This document shows, in pieces, positions 27,322-32,000 of a DNA stretch of 32,000 nt. This stretch comes from an archaeon (GTDB lineage Archaea > Asgardarchaeota > Thorarchaeia > Thorarchaeales > Thorarchaeaceae): the NCBI GenBank assembly GCA_024275415.1, contig JAJRZD010000091.1, positions 1 through 32,000 of the forward strand, given 5' to 3'. Both the position numbers and the translations under genes were made by a program. A model generated the notes under the pieces. It ran no database searches, was not told the origin of the DNA, and saw only the letters and a program-made list of their open reading frames with translations. Position 1 is the first letter of the stretch. Each line of letters opens with the position of its first letter.

Positions 27322-28911
27322 GTGAGCCCGATGGTTAGTCACTCTCTTGAAGCGATTATGATAATTGACCGGAGTGGTACTCCGCGTTTCTATATGCAAC
27401 TCGATCCCAGGGCTTTCGATTTGGATCCGGTTCTTGGGTCAAGCTTCTTCGCAGCCATAGACATGTTCTCTGAGCAGATACTCGAGCAGAGTACACCTGT
27501 GTTCCAAGTTGATTATGGCGCTAGGATTTTCACGATTATCCACGGCGTTGAAACGAACTTGGTTGCAGTGTGTAGTCGCAGACCTGATGATGAAACCTTG
27601 GACATCCTTGACTCGTTGCTTGCCGAGTTTGAGCTCGAGTGGATTCCAGCTGCAGAGTCCTTTGAATTCGATGACTCGTTCATGGAAGTCTACTTGGAAT
27701 CTTTTGGTGAGCGTGTTCTTGACAGACTAGCATTCCAAGAGATTCCTGGTTCTTGGGTTCCCTATCTGACCGAAAAGTCCGACTCCATGCAACCAATGGG
27801 GAGTGCAATCCTTTCTTACATCAATGGTTCCCGAAGTGTCAAAGAGATTAGCGAGTTAAGCGGCATCACGCATAAGGAACTTCTAGTGGAAATGTCAAAG
27901 CTGTGGGCACATCGCGTCATCAGGTTTCGCAATATGCTTAGCTTCAAGGACTTCTTGAGTGCCCGTTCAAGCTTTCTACGATACACGCAGGCAACTTCAG
28001 TCGAGGTGCAAGATTTGATGAATGCTCATCCTGAGATGGTCACAATCATCCCTCGATTGGCTGGGCTAATCGATGGGAGGCGCACCGTGAAGGAGATCCT
28101 CGATGAGCTTGGGAACCAATATGATGAGCGTGAGATTCTACGAGTCCTCGATTATCTACGGGAAACAGAGGTCATTGAGGTGCTGACCTCCGAGAAACGA
28201 AGAATACTCCTCGCAAAGGAATTGCTGGAAATATCACTTCGAACAGCTGAGGAAATCTATGGCCCTCGCGACACCTCAACCATTCTGAAAAGCATCTTGA
28301 ATCGTGTGTCTGCTCCTGAAACAATCGGTCAGCTACAACTTAAAGACGGTCGATGGTCGGTCGATTTCGATTTCAAGGCTCTTGACGGCACTCCACCAAA
28401 ACGACTGATGACAATGTATGGCGAATGGATGAAGATACTGGCCCAATTCGCTGCTGGGCTGGATCGCAAACAACTAGACCCGTTCATCGATTCCCTCAGC
28501 CAGAAACTATCATCTCACATACTCGATCGATATTCCAACTTTGATCTTAGAGGGTTGGAAGAGTTCTCGTTCTGGCTTGAGCATCTGGGAACTGAAGGCT
28601 GGCCAAAAGTCCAGATTGATAGGACATACCCCCTTGAGCGAATCGACAATAGTGCACTCGAAGATGTAGTACACACACTTATCGAGCGTGGGCAATCGAT
28701 ATACGGGTCTGAGTTGATAGTTGGTATTGCCGGATCTGCTGGAATCCCTCTTGTAGATGGACTGCCTGTCAGTCGTGTTGAAGGGGGTCGAATCGAGTCT
28801 TTCAAGCGGTTCCTGATTGCCTATTCCACTCTTGGAGTCGCTGCCAAACTCACACTCCTTATCATATCGCGACAACGAGGTGTCCCTCTCCCCAAGGAGA
28901 TTGCCCTCTAG
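27322..28911 (+). CDS. Longin-like domain + tandem winged-helix (NPRL2-like) protein
   Basis: N-terminal beta-beta-alpha-beta-beta-beta-alpha pattern (MIIDRSGTPRFY...LGSSFFAAIDMFSEQI...FQVDYGARIFTIIHG...LVAVC), two [DN]GxR[ST]VKEI wHTH repeats and an unknown helical C-terminus. The start is GTG 27322 or ATG 27331. Confidence 0.75.
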   Translation: MSPMVSHSLEAIMIIDRSGTPRFYMQLDPRAFDLDPVLGSSFFAAIDMFSEQILEQSTPVFQVDYGARIFTIIHGVETNLVAVCSRRPDDETLDILDSLLAEFELEWIPAAESFEFDDSFMEVYLESFGERVLDRLAFQEIPGSWVPYLTEKSDSMQPMGSAILSYINGSRSVKEISELSGITHKELLVEMSKLWAHRVIRFRNMLSFKDFLSARSSFLRYTQATSVEVQDLMNAHPEMVTIIPRLAGLIDGRRTVKEILDELGNQYDEREILRVLDYLRETEVIEVLTSEKRRILLAKELLEISLRTAEEIYGPRDTSTILKSILNRVSAPETIGQLQLKDGRWSVDFDFKALDGTPPKRLMTMYGEWMKILAQFAAGLDRKQLDPFIDSLSQKLSSHILDRYSNFDLRGLEEFSFWLEHLGTEGWPKVQIDRTYPLERIDNSALEDVVHTLIERGQSIYGSELIVGIAGSAGIPLVDGLPVSRVEGGRIESFKRFLIAYSTLGVAAKLTLLIISRQRGVPLPKEIAL

Positions 28912-28975
28912 CGTCAGGTTATGACAATGGTTATCAGAGGGCTCTCCCTTGTTAGTCTTGCAAAGGTGTTAGCTC

Positions 28976-29497
28976 ATGAGCCCATCATACCTTCTCAAGC
29001 TGGTCACTGTAGGTTCCGCCTCGGTGGGTAAGACGAGCATGATCATCCGTTACTCCACAGGGACATTTCGTGAGCATTACTCTCCCACACTAGGCACTGG
29101 TTTCTCATATAAGAAACTACAAACCAATGGCAACTTCGTGACGCTTCAAATCTGGGACATGGGCTCTCAAGACTTCCTTGAGCGTGTCCGATCCAACTAT
29201 TACATTGGGACACAAGGTGTCCTCATCGTCTTTGATGTGACAAGCTGGGAGTCATACAATGATGTCATCGAATGGAAGAACGAAGTTGATAGGAACCTAG
29301 AGGAACCCTGTCCTGCTATTCTCATTGGGAACAAGATCGACCTTGCTGTTGACCGCGTGGTGTCTACTGAGGAGGGACAGATGCTCGCCTCACAGATGGG
29401 CATGGATTATCTAGAAACTTCAGTTCTTATGAATAATAACGTCAACGAAGCCTTTGAGATGATTGCAAAGAAGATCATTCAGTCCTTCGAACTCTGA
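28976..29497 (+). CDS. Ras-superfamily (Rab-like) small GTPase
   Basis: G1 GSASVGKT, G2 PTLG, G3 WDMGSQ, G4 NKID, G5 ETSV. No C-terminal Cys prenylation motif. Confidence 0.95.
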   Translation: MSPSYLLKLVTVGSASVGKTSMIIRYSTGTFREHYSPTLGTGFSYKKLQTNGNFVTLQIWDMGSQDFLERVRSNYYIGTQGVLIVFDVTSWESYNDVIEWKNEVDRNLEEPCPAILIGNKIDLAVDRVVSTEEGQMLASQMGMDYLETSVLMNNNVNEAFEMIAKKIIQSFEL

Positions 29498-29516
29498 AGG
29501 CTCAATAGTTTTGAGC

Positions 29517-31277
29517 CTACGTGGACATAGCGCGTTTCTTCAACTCCATTTCTCGCAATACTCGCCTGAGTACTTTCCCGACATTGCTCATTGGGAGTTC
29601 GTCAACAAACTCCACTTCTTTGGGTCTCTTATATCCCGCCATCCGCGGTCTGCACCATTCGATGATCTCCTTCTCGGTGGCGGTTTCTCCTTCCTTCAGG
29701 ACGATGAATGCCTTTGGGTACTCGTTTGACGGTTCGTCCTCACGAGGAAGTCCGACGACAGAAGCAATCTTCACTTTCGGGTGCCCAAAGAGAACATCCT
29801 CGATCTCACGCGGGTATGCCTTGAGACCTCCAACGTTGATCATCGCCTTCTTCCTATCACTAATGTACGTGTATCCGAGACCATCCATATGCCCTATGTC
29901 CCCTGTGAGGAAGTAGCGTTTTTCATCAATCTCACGCATGACGTTCTCCGTTTCATCAGGCTTGTTATAATATCCCTTCATGACCTGTGGGCCGTGGATT
30001 GCAATCTCGCCTATTTCCCCGATGGGCATCTCGTTGGTTCCAGTTTCAACATCAACAATTTTGCAGATAGTGTCCGATACCGGCAATCCTATCGATCCGA
30101 ACTTCCGGAATCGTCTGTTAGTCGGATTGATATGAGTGACAGGTGAGGTTTCCGTGAGACCATACCCCTCGAACAGCAATGCGCCAGTGACAGCCTCGAA
30201 GTTTTTTGCCAGCTCAGGAGGCAATGGAGCTGCTCCTGAGCTACAAATCGTGATGGACGAAAGGTCATAGTCTTTCACGTTGGGGTGATTAGCAATGGCT
30301 GCATATAGTGCTGGGACACAATTCAAGACTGTTGCCTTGCTTTTCTCAATGTCCCGCAAGAGGTCTGACAGGGGTGGGTCGCCTGACCTCGGATCTGGTA
30401 TGCAAACAAGCTGTCCCGCATACCAAACCGACATGAGCAACGTGAGTGTAAGCCCATAGCTGTGATACCATGGTACAGCCCCACAGAAGACCTCCTCACC
30501 ATGGCGTATTCGTCCTGGTGGGTGCGGTGCTGCATCCTCTTCGTCAAGAAACACCCACTCACTGATCTGAAGGATGTTGGAAATCAGATTCATGTGCGTC
30601 AGTTCCGCTCCTTTTGGAGTGCCCGTAGTCCCTCCTGTGTATATGAGGACCGCAGTATCATCTGGGTTCACGGTTATTGTCGGAGCGGTTGGATCATGCT
30701 CTGACACTACTTTGTGATAGAAGAATGTCTTGTCCTCTTCATAGTATGGACTTTTTGGCACCATTCCAAGCAACCCTCCGATTGCTGCTTTAACTTTCGG
30801 CAAGAACGGCTTGAGGTTGCAGACGATGACTGTGTCGACCTGTGTCCCTTTGATTGCTTCGTAGCATGTGGGCGTGAAGACAGGATGATCGAGCACAAAA
30901 ACTGCAGTCGCTCCTGTATCTGTGAGTTGGTGGTTCAGTTCACCTGCCTTGTAGAGTGGGTTACAGGTCACAACCCTTGCACCTGCTTTCAGTGCCCCGA
31001 AGAATGCCACCGGAAAATGAGGTACATTCGGTAGGAACACTGCGACAACATCACCCTCCTTGATGCCGCGCTTGTTCAGAAATGCAGCAACACGGTTAGC
31101 GTCATCTCGCATCTCTCTATATGTTCTTGTCTGTCCCATGAACCATGTGAACGGCAGATGACCACTTTTGTCGGCCGCTCTGTCTAGCATCGCAAACAGC
31201 GGCTCCCTTGGATAGTCAAGAGATTTCCGAGCGCTCTTTGGCCATGCAGCGCCATCTTGCCAGAATAAATCACCCAA
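29517..31277 (-). CDS. Long-chain-fatty-acid--CoA ligase (ANL adenylating enzyme)
   Basis: YTGGTTGTPKG, EGYGLTETSP, TGDIG, YPREIED and GKVLRR motifs. Confidence 0.95.
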   Translation of the reverse strand: MGDLFWQDGAAWPKSARKSLDYPREPLFAMLDRAADKSGHLPFTWFMGQTRTYREMRDDANRVAAFLNKRGIKEGDVVAVFLPNVPHFPVAFFGALKAGARVVTCNPLYKAGELNHQLTDTGATAVFVLDHPVFTPTCYEAIKGTQVDTVIVCNLKPFLPKVKAAIGGLLGMVPKSPYYEEDKTFFYHKVVSEHDPTAPTITVNPDDTAVLIYTGGTTGTPKGAELTHMNLISNILQISEWVFLDEEDAAPHPPGRIRHGEEVFCGAVPWYHSYGLTLTLLMSVWYAGQLVCIPDPRSGDPPLSDLLRDIEKSKATVLNCVPALYAAIANHPNVKDYDLSSITICSSGAAPLPPELAKNFEAVTGALLFEGYGLTETSPVTHINPTNRRFRKFGSIGLPVSDTICKIVDVETGTNEMPIGEIGEIAIHGPQVMKGYYNKPDETENVMREIDEKRYFLTGDIGHMDGLGYTYISDRKKAMINVGGLKAYPREIEDVLFGHPKVKIASVVGLPREDEPSNEYPKAFIVLKEGETATEKEIIEWCRPRMAGYKRPKEVEFVDELPMSNVGKVLRRVLREMELKKRAMST

Positions 31278-31435
31278 TCACGGTCATCTCCGTATCGCTA
31301 TCAAATACCATTCACTACCTAATGAAGCCTCTCCTCTTAATCCTTCGGTCTCCTCAGACCAGTTCGGCCATGGATTTAACACTCATTCCCTGTAATCGGA
31401 CGCTTTTTCACGTTCGCTATGTCTTTTTTCCTGTC

Positions 31436-31470
31436 AAAAAAAGAAGGGGACGAGGGAAACATTCTCCCTC
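31436..31470 (-). terminator. Hairpin + T7 after the second acyl-CoA ligase
   Basis: GAGGGA-N7-TCCCTC (31452-31470); on the minus strand it is followed by CCCCTTCTTTTTTT. Confidence 0.55.
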
Positions 31471-32000
31471 TATGCCATTCCCCGTTTCTTCAACTCCGCC
31501 GCGCGAAGCTCGCGCCTGAGAACCTTGCCTACCTGACTCAGGGGCAGCTCATTCACGAACTCCACTTCCTTGGGGCGCTTGTATCCCGCCATCTTGTCCT
31601 TTGCCCACGCAATGAACTCGTCTTCGGTGGCGGTTTCCCCGTCCTTCAGAACGATAAACGCCTTCACATATTCGTTGCTCGGATCGTCTTTTCTCGGAAG
31701 TCCAATCACTGCCGCCATCTTTACCTTCGGGTGTGTGAAGAAGATGTCTTCTATCTCCCGTGGGTATGCCTTCAAGCCACCTACGTTTACCATGTCTTTC
31801 TTGCGGTCAGATATAACAAAGTAGCCCTCTTCATCCATATGACCGATGTCGCCCGTGAGGAAGAAGCGTTTCCCGTCTATCTCGCGCATGACGTTCTCTG
31901 TTTCCTCGGGTTTGTTATAGTAGCCCATCATGACCTGGGGGCCATGAACCGCAATCTCTCCTGTTTCTCCCGGAGGAAGAACCTTCGTTCCTGTTTCGAC
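31470..32000 (-). CDS. Long-chain-fatty-acid--CoA ligase paralog, 5' end outside the window
   Basis: The open frame extends to base 32000 (VETGTKVLPPGETGEIAVHGPQVMMGYY...TGDIG...DRKKDM...GKVLRR) and is highly similar to the neighbouring ligase. Confidence 0.95.
   Translation of the reverse strand, partial: VETGTKVLPPGETGEIAVHGPQVMMGYYNKPEETENVMREIDGKRFFLTGDIGHMDEEGYFVISDRKKDMVNVGGLKAYPREIEDIFFTHPKVKMAAVIGLPRKDDPSNEYVKAFIVLKDGETATEDEFIAWAKDKMAGYKRPKEVEFVNELPLSQVGKVLRRELRAAELKKRGMA

Noticed and set aside
1-32000. CRISPR arrays, tRNA/rRNA genes, transposases, integrases or defence systems
   Set aside because: No regularly spaced direct repeats, cloverleaf/T-loop signatures or mobile-element motifs were seen on reading. 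A tRNAscan-SE/Infernal run would be the definitive check.

Overview
This is an archaeal chromosomal window, most likely from an Asgard archaeon (Thorarchaeota-like). The assignment is an inference from a Rab/Ras-like small GTPase without a prenylation tail, a longin-like protein, an IDLxPL..C-type LRR protein and GGTGA/GGAGG ribosome-binding sites. It is densely coding, with about 35 genes, and mostly metabolic or housekeeping. These include msrA (partial), a corrinoid protein, a secreted subtilisin, an FAD-linked oxidase, two tandem ArsB/NhaD-type permeases, a short alaS, DUF47+PiT, a nitroreductase, an acyl-CoA dehydrogenase, a ferredoxin, an SDR, a methyltransferase, a gamma-CA and two tandem acyl-CoA ligases. 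No rRNA, tRNA, CRISPR array or mobile element was recognised. The most notable locus is a longin-like + tandem NPRL2-like winged-helix protein directly upstream of a small GTPase with a deviant G3 box (27322-29497), a candidate GATOR/DENN-like regulator-GTPase module. Other highlights are a C2HC zinc finger fused to a Zc3h12a/Regnase-type PIN RNase and two small genes missed by the ORF track: a 55-aa tandem desulforedoxin-like metalloprotein and a 54-aa CxxC+TM protein. There are also a C-Ala-less AlaRS and two disrupted genes, one with an in-frame TAA (RNase Z-like) and one with a 1-nt frameshift (small membrane protein). All family assignments are from motif recognition only; no database search was run.
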